Of a stretch of 64,000 nt of DNA, positions 40,429 to 51,097 are shown piece after piece. How positions within the stretch are numbered: position 1 is the first letter of the stretch; every line of letters begins with the position of its first letter. The notes below the pieces were generated by a model, which had not been told where the DNA came from, ran no database searches, and saw only the letters and a list, made by a program, of their open reading frames with translations. This stretch comes from a bacterium (GTDB taxonomy: Bacteria; Margulisbacteria; Marinamargulisbacteria; GCA-2716485; JAYNIM01): positions 523,365-587,364 of the forward strand of contig JAYNIM010000001.1 in the NCBI GenBank assembly GCA_038109055.1, in the 5' to 3' direction. The translations under genes were made by a program, and so were the position numbers.

Positions 40429-41342
40429 TTTTTTAATTCTTTTAAAATAAATTCAAATAAATCGTGATAGCTTTCTATTCCCATTTCCCCAACATTAGCC
40501 GGTAGTTTTTTATATCTTGCCCCAATCTCTTTGGCAAAACTTTTCCCTACATACTCTGGGCAATAACTTGCGGTTAAGACAAATGTAGAACGTGATGAAA
40601 CAGCCTGTTTTAGTTTAGCAAGATGCTTTGTTGTAGGAGGAATACCTGGTAATGGTTCTAATTCTCCCATACTTGTTAATCCAAATCCGTCAAAAAAATA
40701 ACTCCATACTTTATGATAGGTGATAAAGGCTGTATCTGACATTGACTCTAATTGAGATTGCCACTTTTCTATACGTTTGTTTAAACTGCGCGAAAATTGT
40801 TGATAGTTTCGGGTATAAAACACCTTATTTTTGGGGTCTATTACGCAGAGTCGTTCTTTGATTTGTTTTGCGATAATAATCCCATTTTTGGGATCAAGCC
40901 AGTAATGTGGGTTGCCATGAATATGGACATCTCCATGCCCTTTATCAATAGTTCCTTTTGGAACCTCTAGTTTTGTAATTTTATCTGAACAATCTAAATG
41001 ACCTGGCTTTCCTTTTAAAACGGCTGTATTGCGTGCCACTTGCGTTAATCCATCAATCCATCCATCTTGATCCATCCCTAAGCGAATCAGAAGATCGGCT
41101 TTTCTTACAGCTAAGACCATTGAGGGCTTTGGATGAATAGTATGTAAATTTCGACTTCCTTTAATCAGCGATCTTACCTCGATAAGTTCGCCCCCAATTG
41201 AGGTAGCGATAGAGGCAAAATCCTCCGTAATCGTCACTACCTGAATTGGGCTAGCAGCTAGGTCTACAGAGAGCCCTACTGCCATCATCATGATAAAAGA
41301 TATCAATCTACTGAAGGACATGAGAATGTGGTCCCATACCAA
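40425..41342 (-). CDS. Zn/Mn ABC transporter substrate-binding protein
   Basis: GDVHIHGNPHYWLDP, ITYH, EPLPGIPPT..HL. Confidence 0.9.
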   Translation of the reverse strand: MVWDHILMSFSRLISFIMMMAVGLSVDLAASPIQVVTITEDFASIATSIGGELIEVRSLIKGSRNLHTIHPKPSMVLAVRKADLLIRLGMDQDGWIDGLTQVARNTAVLKGKPGHLDCSDKITKLEVPKGTIDKGHGDVHIHGNPHYWLDPKNGIIIAKQIKERLCVIDPKNKVFYTRNYQQFSRSLNKRIEKWQSQLESMSDTAFITYHKVWSYFFDGFGLTSMGELEPLPGIPPTTKHLAKLKQAVSSRSTFVLTASYCPEYVGKSFAKEIGARYKKLPANVGEMGIESYHDLFEFILKELKK

Positions 41343-42393
41343 ATATAAATTGGAGATAGGCGGTATCTTCTACTTGATCACCTGTATTATATTGCAACCT
41401 AAACTTAGATGTATCCGTTAATTGTTTTACGGCAATTAATGACCATTGTGTTTTTGACTGCCCCTCATCCCCATGTTTACCTAGAGTCCCATAACGAAGA
41501 CCTGCCTCATAACTTGCATTAAAGCTATAAAACGCACTTACAAACCCACCTATTTGTCGTTTTCTACCTTCATTAGGTTCATCTTCTTCCCCATATAAGG
41601 CATTGTAATATTCGCCTTGTAAACTTAATTTTTGATTAACCCCAAGTTCGTGAGTATAACTTAGATCAAGTCCTATCAGCTCTTGTTGTTCTTTTTTTGA
41701 TTCTGCAGATGCATTCCCTAATAAGAAACTTAGTCCTAGTTCGATTTCCTGTTGCTCAGATATAGCCATACTATTCCATAGTCGCGTGTTGAGTAATTCT
41801 TTTTCATACTCAACCCCATGTGCTTCTTCTGTTTGACTAGATTCTTCTTCTTCGTGTTTGGCGACTTTCCAATAGCCTAGTTCAATTTGAGAGAAAAAAG
41901 GGAGTGGTAATAGATAGGCTAATTGTGCGCCCTCCCCAGAAAGGCTTTCATGGCCCCCTAATACCTGCTGAGTAGCTAGAGGACGATCAATAAATTTACG
42001 CTGTTCTGGATGTAAGGGATTTAGTTTTCCAAAATTTACCATTTTCTTTCCTAAAATAGCCCCGATCCCTAAATTAGAAGCCATGTTAGGTGCTATCACA
42101 CCTGCTAAATCTATGAAGGTCACGTAGGCTTCTTCTAGTGCAAGTTCTAATTTATTGTCGCCCTCTTTGTGTAAGGCCATAAAAATATCCGCTTTTACAG
42201 ATGGATACAGCATATGCTGAAACGAAAGTTCAATTTCGTTCACTGAAAAATCATCCTTTTCATCGGTATGTGTGCCTAAAAAAGACCCAATCACTGATAT
42301 ATTTGGAAGATCAGTCGCTTTTTTCTGTTGTGCGTAGCTTGTTATAGATAACGCATATAGACATATCAAAAGATATGTTAGTAATTTTTTCAT
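41308..42393 (-). CDS. Outer-membrane barrel associated with metal uptake
   Basis: Signal peptide, PNISVIG, LEEAY, FGKLNPLHP, C-terminal LQFIFGMGPHSH. Confidence 0.75.
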   Translation of the reverse strand: MKKLLTYLLICLYALSITSYAQQKKATDLPNISVIGSFLGTHTDEKDDFSVNEIELSFQHMLYPSVKADIFMALHKEGDNKLELALEEAYVTFIDLAGVIAPNMASNLGIGAILGKKMVNFGKLNPLHPEQRKFIDRPLATQQVLGGHESLSGEGAQLAYLLPLPFFSQIELGYWKVAKHEEEESSQTEEAHGVEYEKELLNTRLWNSMAISEQQEIELGLSFLLGNASAESKKEQQELIGLDLSYTHELGVNQKLSLQGEYYNALYGEEDEPNEGRKRQIGGFVSAFYSFNASYEAGLRYGTLGKHGDEGQSKTQWSLIAVKQLTDTSKFRLQYNTGDQVEDTAYLQFIFGMGPHSHVLQ

Positions 42394-42451
42394 TCGTTAC
42401 TCCTTAATTTAACTCGATGTGTATAGCTTAGGTATACACTGTAGATGCCTC

Positions 42452-42724
42452 TTAAACAGGAGGTGCTCGTGATGAATAGCTATAGATGAGTTCGGGATAG
42501 GTTATTTTTTCTTCTGTTATACTCTTCGTTTCTATATAGATAATATTAATTAATGGAAGTGTAAATGTAGATGAAATGCTCGTATGGTAGGCCAAACATA
42601 TCGAACAGTCTTCACTGTGATGATCATCATCAATTGATACGGCATGAATTGAACTAAAAAATAAGCCTAAAAATACACCTATAACAATCCCATATCTGAT
42701 CATGTTATATTTTTTTGCTTTCAT
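42452..42724 (-). CDS. DUF2946-like leader protein with a HHxxxCxxC motif and C-terminal RAPP
   Basis: TM/signal segment, DDDHHSEDCSIC, ends YSSRAPPV; first gene of the metal operon. Confidence 0.75.
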   Translation of the reverse strand: MKAKKYNMIRYGIVIGVFLGLFFSSIHAVSIDDDHHSEDCSICLAYHTSISSTFTLPLINIIYIETKSITEEKITYPELIYSYSSRAPPV

Positions 42725-42851
42725 TTTTTTGATACTAGCATATCTTTATATGTATTTACATCCACGAATCGCTCCCTACATTATCATAGCCCTATTTATT
42801 TCTTTTTTTCTTAATTTCATCCTTTATTATGCTATAATCTTGATATTTCTT

Positions 42852-43025
42852 ATGGATCGCTACGAAAAAAAAATTGATGATTACGAAAAAAAACTAGACC
42901 GCATGTTTCGTCAGGAAAGAACCATGTTTTGGTCACGTATTGCGTTTTTGTTTGTGTGGTGTTTATTTTTAGCTTCCTTGGTTTATGTTATTTATTATTT
43001 TTTTTCTGCCTCTTCATTGCCTTAG
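42852..43025 (+). CDS. Small single-pass membrane protein
   Basis: MDRYEKKIDDYEKKLDR followed by a hydrophobic helix; the upstream extension in the ORF track overlaps the opposite-strand gene. Confidence 0.5.
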   Translation: MDRYEKKIDDYEKKLDRMFRQERTMFWSRIAFLFVWCLFLASLVYVIYYFFSASSLP

Positions 43026-43066
43026 TATTTATTTTCATAAGTTATTTTTTATAGTACCCTTCGATT

Positions 43067-43894
43067 ATGGATCATGCCTCGTTTATTCTTGGGTGTTGGC
43101 GCTTGGGAGGTGCTTTTTTTGGAGCGGATAATTGTGACACACAGCTCGCAATTCTACAAGCAGCCTTGGATCGGGGAATTACGGCATTTGATTCTGCCTA
43201 TTTTTATGGACAGGGCGAGGCCGATCGTCGTTTGAGTCGTGTTATTTCCAGCTATCCTCGCTCTGACATCACTCTACACAGCAAAGCTGGTCTACATTGG
43301 CAAGGGCGTAACGTTGTGCATGATGCTAGTCCAGATCAATTAAAACGTACATTAATAAACAGTCTAGACATCCTACACTGTGATTATTTGGATTATTTTT
43401 ATCTACATTGGCCAGATCCCCATATTCCTATTCAGACTAGCTTGTATACCTTGGCTGCTTTTCAAGAAGAGGGTCTTTGTCGCCATATTGGTCTGTGTAA
43501 TTGTACGGCGACGCAATTAACACAGGCGTTATCTACCCAAATTCCCTTTGTTCATCAGCTGCGTTATAATCCCTTGCAACTTCAGAATAAGCCCTTATTA
43601 GAGATGGTTAATAAGTCTCCTGGCTGTTCTACTGTGATTATCTCGCTATTTGAACAAGGTTTGTTACTTTCTGACCCTAACCGTCACTTTGGTAAAAAAG
43701 ATTGGCGACGTCGTAATTCCTTGTTTGGAACACCCCAACTTGAACAGTTTCAACAACAACTTTGTCAACGTTTCGCCTCGTCAGATGACCGTGCTGCTTA
43801 TCTGATTAACTGGCTCTTTGATCAGGCGCCTCACTCTCAATTGTGTGTGGGATTGTCTTCTTCTACACAACTCAAGACCTTTGATTTACACTAA
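43067..43894 (+). CDS. Aldo/keto reductase
   Basis: LGCWRLGG, FDSAYFYGQG, LDYFYLHWPD, RHIGLCN. Confidence 0.88.
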   Translation: MDHASFILGCWRLGGAFFGADNCDTQLAILQAALDRGITAFDSAYFYGQGEADRRLSRVISSYPRSDITLHSKAGLHWQGRNVVHDASPDQLKRTLINSLDILHCDYLDYFYLHWPDPHIPIQTSLYTLAAFQEEGLCRHIGLCNCTATQLTQALSTQIPFVHQLRYNPLQLQNKPLLEMVNKSPGCSTVIISLFEQGLLLSDPNRHFGKKDWRRRNSLFGTPQLEQFQQQLCQRFASSDDRAAYLINWLFDQAPHSQLCVGLSSSTQLKTFDLH

Positions 43895-44035
43895 ATTCTT
43901 TACATAAAGTATACTTCTTGCTAATCTTTTTCTGAAATTGACTTCGTCATACCTTGTATGTCGCTGTTTATTTTAATTTATTTTAGAGTCAAAGCATCGC
44001 CTGTCTTCAGGTTGCCTGTCTCTATTTAAAAGGAA

Positions 44036-45913
44036 TTGATTACCATTCAACATTTACAAACTTTTGATGCTCTTCTACAAGGATCTCAAGACTATCCATC
44101 CGATACAACGCTAGCTCCAGATGAGCTTAGAATTCGATTGCAAAAATGCCTGTCTGCGCGTCATCCCAGGGCTTTTCCTCCAGCTTCTAATAGGTCTAAA
44201 TCATCTGTTCATACGTTAAAAAATCTACAAAACGTTCATCATCTCCAAAAGGCCTTTCATCAAGCTTGTGCCGACAGAACTCTCTTCATTTTTCAGAGAA
44301 ACTATCCAGTTAAGTACGTGGATATTGAATGCAAGAATGATGGTGTCACAGAGCTTGGGGCTTCGGCTAAACAAGGGTATTCGGATAATGTCCAACAGTT
44401 ATTAGCTATGGGCGCTAATCCTTTTAATATGGGGATTAGCTTTAAAGATGTTCATGAACAGTGCCGTCCTGCTATTAAACGTGCTTTATTTAAAGCCTGT
44501 CTTAGGAAACTTAACAAGACCTACGGTAAAGAAATAGACATTGATTCTGTTTTAAATGTAGGAAAAAAGATTAATCTAGGAGGAAAGATTGATGTTGATT
44601 TTAAACTTGATAATGATTCATCTGCTTTAGATTTTGCATTGTGTTATTTTGATGTAGAACTTGTTGAAACACTTTTAGATATTGGGGCTAATCCTATGAC
44701 ATCTTATCAAAGGTTTTATGGTCTTTTATATGAAGAAGAAACTCCTACCCCAAACCCGAATGCTGATAAGGTTCTTTCCTTAATGATTAAATATGGATTT
44801 GATATCACTGATCAAACACTCATAGATCATGAAGGACCTACATTTCTTTCAAAACTGTGTCTAGAAAAAGGTATCCTTGGTCTTTTAAGACTTGCTAAAT
44901 TATATTCCAATATACCGGATAAAATCCCTGATGAACTTCAGGAACTTTTTTTTGCCTTATCTTTAAACAATACACTAGATTCTAGTCATTTCAACTCTCC
45001 TTTAGCAAGTCAATATACCGAAAAGTGTACTAATCCTGGAACTTTAACGTGTATTGGTTCTGGAAGTTTTGGAAAAGTTTATAAAATTGATGATCAAAAT
45101 GCGGCAAAGGTCGTTTCTTTTGCTCAGGATTATACGCCAATACAGGCACTCACCGAATTTGTTTATGCACAGTTATTTTCACGTAAAATATACCAATCTA
45201 TTTCTATTACAAACGACAAAGCTATATTTATTATGAAAAAGGCTTCATGTAATTTGGGAGAAGTTCTTTTTAAAGGGGTACGCTCTGATGAAATATTGTT
45301 AAAAATTGCAAAATCTTTAACTAAACAAGTAGCACGTATGCATGATAAGGGGATTGTCCATAGAGACCTAAAAACTGGAAATGTATTAGTTTTCAATGAC
45401 AAAAAACATAATTTTTTACTTTGTGATTTTGGTACTACTATGCAGGTTGCTAACTGTTTAGCGTGTAAAAATGTAACGACTGAAGTTTATGCTTCAGAAC
45501 GTGCATTAAAAGAGGAAGAACCTTACACAATGGCAGATGATATCTACAGCTTGGGTGCTATTTTTTATGAAATGGCTACCAAACGATATACTTGGCCTGA
45601 TAGTTCACCTACCTATATTAAGTATCAATTAAAAAATGAAAAAAAATGGCATACTGCTCAAGACACTCAACTTGATAACCCAACTCCAACTAAAGCATTT
45701 CTTCTTGAGACGGCTAAATTGTGTATGGGATGTTATCCAAAGAGGGAGTCTATAGACACTGCCCAAAAGCTATGGGAACACTTAAGGACTTTTGATCCAA
45801 CTCACACACGCCCCGAGTCACGACCAGTTGCGACTCCATCTCCACCTCCCTTTTTCGAGAATCCACCTAAACTTACATTGCCAAGACCTCAAGCTACTCA
45901 TAAAGCGTCTTAA
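44036..45913 (+). CDS. Ankyrin-repeat plus Hanks-type Ser/Thr protein kinase
   Basis: Ank-like GVTELGASAKQG..VQQLLAMGANP and SALDFAL..VETLLDIGANP; GSGSFGKVY, HRDLKTGN, DFG, DIYSLG; Pro-rich tail. Confidence 0.85.
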   Translation: MITIQHLQTFDALLQGSQDYPSDTTLAPDELRIRLQKCLSARHPRAFPPASNRSKSSVHTLKNLQNVHHLQKAFHQACADRTLFIFQRNYPVKYVDIECKNDGVTELGASAKQGYSDNVQQLLAMGANPFNMGISFKDVHEQCRPAIKRALFKACLRKLNKTYGKEIDIDSVLNVGKKINLGGKIDVDFKLDNDSSALDFALCYFDVELVETLLDIGANPMTSYQRFYGLLYEEETPTPNPNADKVLSLMIKYGFDITDQTLIDHEGPTFLSKLCLEKGILGLLRLAKLYSNIPDKIPDELQELFFALSLNNTLDSSHFNSPLASQYTEKCTNPGTLTCIGSGSFGKVYKIDDQNAAKVVSFAQDYTPIQALTEFVYAQLFSRKIYQSISITNDKAIFIMKKASCNLGEVLFKGVRSDEILLKIAKSLTKQVARMHDKGIVHRDLKTGNVLVFNDKKHNFLLCDFGTTMQVANCLACKNVTTEVYASERALKEEEPYTMADDIYSLGAIFYEMATKRYTWPDSSPTYIKYQLKNEKKWHTAQDTQLDNPTPTKAFLLETAKLCMGCYPKRESIDTAQKLWEHLRTFDPTHTRPESRPVATPSPPPFFENPPKLTLPRPQATHKAS

Positions 45914-45962
45914 CATTTACAAATTCTGCATTTAGTCTCCCTAAAAGAGATATGCCTAATCT

Positions 45963-47324
45963 CTAATTTTGGCAGTTATTCACACGCACACCATCACGAC
46001 CATCTTTAATCTCAAGACCAAACTCATCTCGTAATTGTTGACGAAACCTATCTGCGCTGGCATAGTCCTTGTTTTTTCGGGCCTCTTCTCTGGCTTGAAT
46101 TAGCGTTTGTGCTGCTTCTGGGATGTTTTTTTGTGTCCTACTTACTTCAAAAAGCCCCAAACGTTGGCCACAACGCTTAATTAGTTCTGTGCCACATTTC
46201 TGCTGATTGCATGTTTTGTTCATCTCAAACAGAACACCTATCCCTGCCGCTGCATTAAAATCGTCTCTGATGACCGTATTAAATTTTTCTTCTAATGAGC
46301 GAAATATATCTTTGTTTTTTGAATCAACTTTGGGGGAGATCTCGCTGTTTTCTAAGGTTTGTTGAAGTCGTCCATAGGCTTGCTTGGCTTCATCAAGCCC
46401 CTCTTTGCTAAAATTTAAAGGGTGGCGATAATGCGTTTTAAGTAGATAAAAGCGTAAGACCTCGCCTGAATAGTCCCTTAAACATTGTTTTAAGCGAATA
46501 AAATTTTTCGTTGATTTGGCCATTTTGCTATTGTTTAAATTCACAAAACCATTATGAACCCAATATCGTGAAAAACAGGCGCCATTTGCACATTCACTTT
46601 GAGCAATTTCATTTTCATGATGTGGAAAAATCAAATCTTCTCCCCCAGCATGAATATCAATACTATCGCCCAACAACTGTTTCGCCATGGCTGAGCATTC
46701 AATATGCCAACCAGGCCGTCCTTTTCCCCAAGGACTTTCCCAAGAAGGCTCTTGAGGTTTTGCCGCTTTCCATAATACAAAATCTAATGGATTCTTTTTT
46801 TTATCCCCAATCTCTACACGCGCCCCAGCCTCTAGATCCTCAAGGACCTTTTTAGACAATTTCCCATAGTCTGCTGCAGATTGCGTTTCAAAATAAACAT
46901 CCCCCTCACAAACATAGGCTGCTTTTTTGCTAATTAAGGTGTCGATCATTGTGATGATATCGGAAATATGTTCGGTAGCTTTGGGATAATGATTTGCTTT
47001 TTGGATATTTAACTGTGCCATATCCTCATGAAAGGACTGGATATAGGTTTCTGTTAGTTCTGTTAATTCTCGCTTCTCTTTGATACAGCGCGTGATAATT
47101 TTGTCATCAATATCTGTAAAGTTTTGGACATAGGTCACCTGATAACCCGCATGTTCCAAGATTCGCCGCATTGTATCAAAGGCTACATAGGCGCGCGCAT
47201 GACCGAGATGGCAATCATCGTAGACCGTAACGCCACAGACATACATCGCTACTTTCGGTCTATTAATAGGTTTAAACAGTTCTTTTTTACGGCTTAAAGT
47301 GTTATAGATATGTAGATTTTTCAT
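45963..47324 (-). CDS. cysS: Cysteine--tRNA ligase
   Basis: MYVCGVTVYD..HLGHAR, GRPGWHIECSAM, FPHHENE, KMAKS. Confidence 0.97.
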   Translation of the reverse strand: MKNLHIYNTLSRKKELFKPINRPKVAMYVCGVTVYDDCHLGHARAYVAFDTMRRILEHAGYQVTYVQNFTDIDDKIITRCIKEKRELTELTETYIQSFHEDMAQLNIQKANHYPKATEHISDIITMIDTLISKKAAYVCEGDVYFETQSAADYGKLSKKVLEDLEAGARVEIGDKKKNPLDFVLWKAAKPQEPSWESPWGKGRPGWHIECSAMAKQLLGDSIDIHAGGEDLIFPHHENEIAQSECANGACFSRYWVHNGFVNLNNSKMAKSTKNFIRLKQCLRDYSGEVLRFYLLKTHYRHPLNFSKEGLDEAKQAYGRLQQTLENSEISPKVDSKNKDIFRSLEEKFNTVIRDDFNAAAGIGVLFEMNKTCNQQKCGTELIKRCGQRLGLFEVSRTQKNIPEAAQTLIQAREEARKNKDYASADRFRQQLRDEFGLEIKDGRDGVRVNNCQN

Positions 47325-47335
47325 GGATGTCTTTT

Positions 47336-48127
47336 TTAAGCTTTAGGAAAGGTACTTTGTTCCACATCTTCTTTAAACGCTGAAATAGCTTTTTTCATAG
47401 GTTCAAATAATTTCGCATATTGTTTCACAAAAGAGGGTACTTTTTTATTACTTAGTCCCAAAAGATCTTGAGTCACCAATACCTGCCCATCACAATCGGG
47501 GCCTGCCCCAATTCCAATAACAGGAATCGTTAAAGTTTGCTGGACAGTTTTTGCAACGTCAGAAGGTACACATTCCAAAATAACTGCAAAACATCCGATA
47601 TCTTCGGCTATTTCAGCGCGATCAATTAATTGAGCTTCTGTGGATTTGTTTTTGGCCTGCCTTTTATAGCCACCCAACTGATAAACAGATTGTGGCGTTA
47701 AGCCTAAATGTGCAATAACCGGTATTCCGCAGTTAAGAATGCTTTGGATACGGGACATGTCTTCGTTTGAAAACACTTCGATTTTAACAGCCTGAGCTCC
47801 GCCCTCTTTGATGAGCCTACCTGCATTTTCTCTGGCTTTTTCATCACTCACTTGATAGCTCATAAAGGGCATGTCGGCTATCAATAATGCCCTCTCACAC
47901 CCTCGAGCAACAGCTTGGCAATGATAGAGCATGTGGTCCATGGTCACCGGCAAGGTGTTATCAAACCCCGCAACTACATTTCCTAACGAATCACCAATTA
48001 ATATCATTTCTATCCCTACCGCTTCTAAAAGACCTGCTGTTATTGCATCATAGGCGGTTAACATACATAACTTTTTCTTGTCGGCTTTGTCTACTTTTAA
48101 GCTTTGGGCTGATTTACGATATTTCAT
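47336..48127 (-). CDS. panB: 3-methyl-2-oxobutanoate hydroxymethyltransferase
   Basis: MLTAYD, LIGDSLG, HLGLTPQ, IGIGAG..CDGQVLV. Confidence 0.96.
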   Translation of the reverse strand: MKYRKSAQSLKVDKADKKKLCMLTAYDAITAGLLEAVGIEMILIGDSLGNVVAGFDNTLPVTMDHMLYHCQAVARGCERALLIADMPFMSYQVSDEKARENAGRLIKEGGAQAVKIEVFSNEDMSRIQSILNCGIPVIAHLGLTPQSVYQLGGYKRQAKNKSTEAQLIDRAEIAEDIGCFAVILECVPSDVAKTVQQTLTIPVIGIGAGPDCDGQVLVTQDLLGLSNKKVPSFVKQYAKLFEPMKKAISAFKEDVEQSTFPKA

Positions 48128-48953
48128 CTTTTGTCTTTGTTTTTTTATTGATATTTTTTAGTGACTGGAAAAACTGTTTAGTAAAGGAGCCTTTTTGGCT
48201 TGGTGTGCTTTGATATAAATTAAAGAGTCGTGTACTTAAGGCTTCACGGGTTAAAAATCGGTCCATATTCCCATTCTCTACTAAGGAAATAACGCCTTTC
48301 TCTTCAGAGACCACAATAATAATGGCATCTGTAAGCTCTGACAAGCCTAAAGCGGCACGGTGTCGTGTCCCTAAACGACGATCTTGAATAGGGGTATCGG
48401 TTAAGGGCAATAAACAGCCTGCTGCTACTAATTTATTTTTATGAATGATGACGGCGCCATCATGCGTTGGTGAACCCGGATAAAATAAATTTAATAATAA
48501 ATCTTCGCTAATATCCGCATTAATCTGCAAACCTGCTTTGCAATAGGCTTCTAAATTACTGCTCACTTCTATGGCTAATAACGCGCCTGTTTGTTCCTTT
48601 GACAACGTTTCCACCGCTTTTAAAATCGCCTGAATACAACGAGTATCCAAACATTGTTCTTGAGAAAATAATGGGGCTGCAAATGATCTTGATGCACCCA
48701 CTCGTTCTAAAAAACGTCGTAGTTCTGGTTGAAAAATAATCACCATCATAATCAGTAACACAGTAGTTAGTTGGCCTAGCACCCAATTGAGGGTTTGAAA
48801 ACCTATTAAGTAACTCACTAGGAAAATAGAGGCGAAAAATATAATCCCTTTAATTAAATTAAAGGCATGCGTGTTTCTTAACCATAATAACGAGCGATAC
48901 AAAATGATATATACCAATAAAAAATCAAAGGCTGTTATTAGGTACTGTATCAT
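48114..48953 (-). CDS. cdaA: Diadenylate cyclase CdaA/DacA
   Basis: Three N-terminal TM helices, IFQPELRR, HDGA, GTRHRAA. Confidence 0.94.
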   Translation of the reverse strand: MIQYLITAFDFLLVYIILYRSLLWLRNTHAFNLIKGIIFFASIFLVSYLIGFQTLNWVLGQLTTVLLIMMVIIFQPELRRFLERVGASRSFAAPLFSQEQCLDTRCIQAILKAVETLSKEQTGALLAIEVSSNLEAYCKAGLQINADISEDLLLNLFYPGSPTHDGAVIIHKNKLVAAGCLLPLTDTPIQDRRLGTRHRAALGLSELTDAIIIVVSEEKGVISLVENGNMDRFLTREALSTRLFNLYQSTPSQKGSFTKQFFQSLKNINKKTKTKDEIS

Positions 48954-50263
48954 TCTAACGGTTGATCTTTGGCAATCAAATCAGCCACACTCTCACGTTG
49001 CACAAGAACTCTTTCTTCTTTTTTATTCACCAATAGCATCGCTGGTTTTCTGCTACGATTATAATTAGAGGCCATGGCATAATTATACGCTCCTGTGCCA
49101 TAAACCAGCAAAAACTCACCTGCTTTTGTTTCTGGCAAGGTGATATTTTTCCCTAAAATATCTCCTGATTCACAAAATTTTCCGGCAATCTGATATTGTT
49201 TCTCTTCTCGTTGTGTTTCTGAAGATAAGGAAAAATGATATGTAGATCCGTAGAGAATTGGTCGTGGATTGTCCGCCATCCCTCCATCAACAAAGATATA
49301 GGTATCTTTTGCACAGGTCTTAATCCGTCCTATTTGATAAATGGTCAGTCCACTGTCTCCGACAATCGAACGCCCTGGTTCAAACAAAAGTTTCGGCAAT
49401 GATAGCTGTTTTTTTTTGCAAGCTACTTTGACTAAGTCTATTATTTTTTTAAGGTGAGACTTAATATCTACCTTGAGGTCTTTTGGCGTATAGGCAATCC
49501 CCATACCTCCTCCTAAATTTAATTGTTCAACTTCAAAGCCCTGCTCTTTTTTAAGCGTTTGTAAAAAATCTGTACTTTGCTCTACAAGTTCTAAATAAGG
49601 TTCCACATCTAAAATTTGTGAACCAATGTGGCTATGTAGTCCTAGGCACTGAATCTGTGCTTGACTTTGTATAAAGGTAATGGCCTGTTTGCATTGGGTT
49701 TTGTCCATACCAAATTTAGAACTGGCATGCCCCGTTTGGATATGTGCATGGGTATTTGTTTGTATATCTGGATTAAACCTCAATAGCACTTTAGCGATTT
49801 CACTTTCTACCAGACAATTTCTTAACTGAATCAGCTCATCCATATTATCGATGACAATCATCACTTTGTTTTCTACGGCTAATCGTAATTCTTCATCAGA
49901 CTTATTATTGCCATGAAGTAATAACTTTTCGTTTGGTATTTGGCTCTGTAATGCTGTATACAATTCTCCGAAAGACACCACATCTGCCCCCAAACCCTGT
50001 TTGGCTATAAGATCTAACAACCCTATATTTATGTTTGCTTTTGCTGCATAATAGATCTGATAATCAGGATAATATTTATCTAATACCTCTGTGTATTGTT
50101 TACAATTTTCCTCAATAGTTTCTTGGTCAATAATATACAGAGGGGTTCCATATTTTTTTGCTAATGTCTCTAAACTATGCCCACCCACACAATATTGTTG
50201 CTGTTTATTTTTACTAAAGCTTTTTGGATAATTAGCTGGATTTTTTATCATTCTTGCCCACAT
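48950..50263 (-). CDS. lysA: Diaminopimelate decarboxylase
   Basis: YGTPLY, YAAKA, HSHIGSQ, EPGRS, GKFCESGD, GAYNYAMASNYN. Confidence 0.95.
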   Translation of the reverse strand: MWARMIKNPANYPKSFSKNKQQQYCVGGHSLETLAKKYGTPLYIIDQETIEENCKQYTEVLDKYYPDYQIYYAAKANINIGLLDLIAKQGLGADVVSFGELYTALQSQIPNEKLLLHGNNKSDEELRLAVENKVMIVIDNMDELIQLRNCLVESEIAKVLLRFNPDIQTNTHAHIQTGHASSKFGMDKTQCKQAITFIQSQAQIQCLGLHSHIGSQILDVEPYLELVEQSTDFLQTLKKEQGFEVEQLNLGGGMGIAYTPKDLKVDIKSHLKKIIDLVKVACKKKQLSLPKLLFEPGRSIVGDSGLTIYQIGRIKTCAKDTYIFVDGGMADNPRPILYGSTYHFSLSSETQREEKQYQIAGKFCESGDILGKNITLPETKAGEFLLVYGTGAYNYAMASNYNRSRKPAMLLVNKKEERVLVQRESVADLIAKDQPLE

Positions 50264-50576
50264 TGATAACCACTGGTTCTAGTGTTTCATTGTCGTGAAT
50301 CTGAGCGTAAGAAATAATAAATACTTCATCTCCGACTTCACCTTTGCGTGCAGCTGGTCCATTTAAAATAAAATGCCCACTACCTGCTGGAGCGGCAATT
50401 GCATAGGTTACTAAGCGTTCACCGTTATTTAAATTAACAATATGAATCTGTTCGTTTTCTTCAATATTTGCCTGTTTCATAATGTCTGCATCTATTCCGA
50501 AACTGCCATCATAAAATAAATTTGAGTCTGTGACTCTTGCATATGAAATTTTTGATTTTAATACCGTTCTTATCAT
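50232..50576 (-). CDS. panD: Aspartate 1-decarboxylase
   Basis: LKSKI, YDGS cleavage site, NGERLVTYAI, NGPAAR. Confidence 0.95.
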   Translation of the reverse strand: MIRTVLKSKISYARVTDSNLFYDGSFGIDADIMKQANIEENEQIHIVNLNNGERLVTYAIAAPAGSGHFILNGPAARKGEVGDEVFIISYAQIHDNETLEPVVINVGKNDKKSS

Positions 50577-50583
50577 CTCTATT

Positions 50584-51033
50584 TTATCCTTCTATTGGTA
50601 AATTCTTATCAATAATCAAAACACCCTCTAAATGATCGTTTTCATGCTGAATAATGGTGGCAACCATTGCGTCAACGTCTAGAGTAAATGTTTTACCGTG
50701 GCGATTTTGAGCCTTAATTGTTAGTTTTTCGTAACGATCAACAGGGACTTGTATTCCCGGAATACTTAAACACCCTTCATTCATGGATTGCTGTCCAGAC
50801 ATGTTAGATAAGACAGGATTAATAAACTCATGGTAAACCCCTTCATATCCAATCACAAAAATACGTTGTAACACACCTACTTGTGGAGCTGCCAAGCCAA
50901 TCCCATTGTATTGGGCCATGGTGTCATAAAGGTCTTCGATAAATGTCTGTATTTTTTTATCAAAGGTGGTTACTTCTGCTGCCTTTTCTCGTAGTACTGG
51001 GTTTGGATGTTGGACAACGTCTAAGATCGTCAT
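50584..51033 (-). CDS. def: Peptide deformylase
   Basis: GIGLAAPQVG, EGCLS, QHENDHL. Confidence 0.96.
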   Translation of the reverse strand: MTILDVVQHPNPVLREKAAEVTTFDKKIQTFIEDLYDTMAQYNGIGLAAPQVGVLQRIFVIGYEGVYHEFINPVLSNMSGQQSMNEGCLSIPGIQVPVDRYEKLTIKAQNRHGKTFTLDVDAMVATIIQHENDHLEGVLIIDKNLPIEG

Positions 51034-51097
51034 TTTTATTTTTTATCATAATTATGTTTAAAAAACAACTTAGCCTTTCACAAAATCCCCTTTATTT

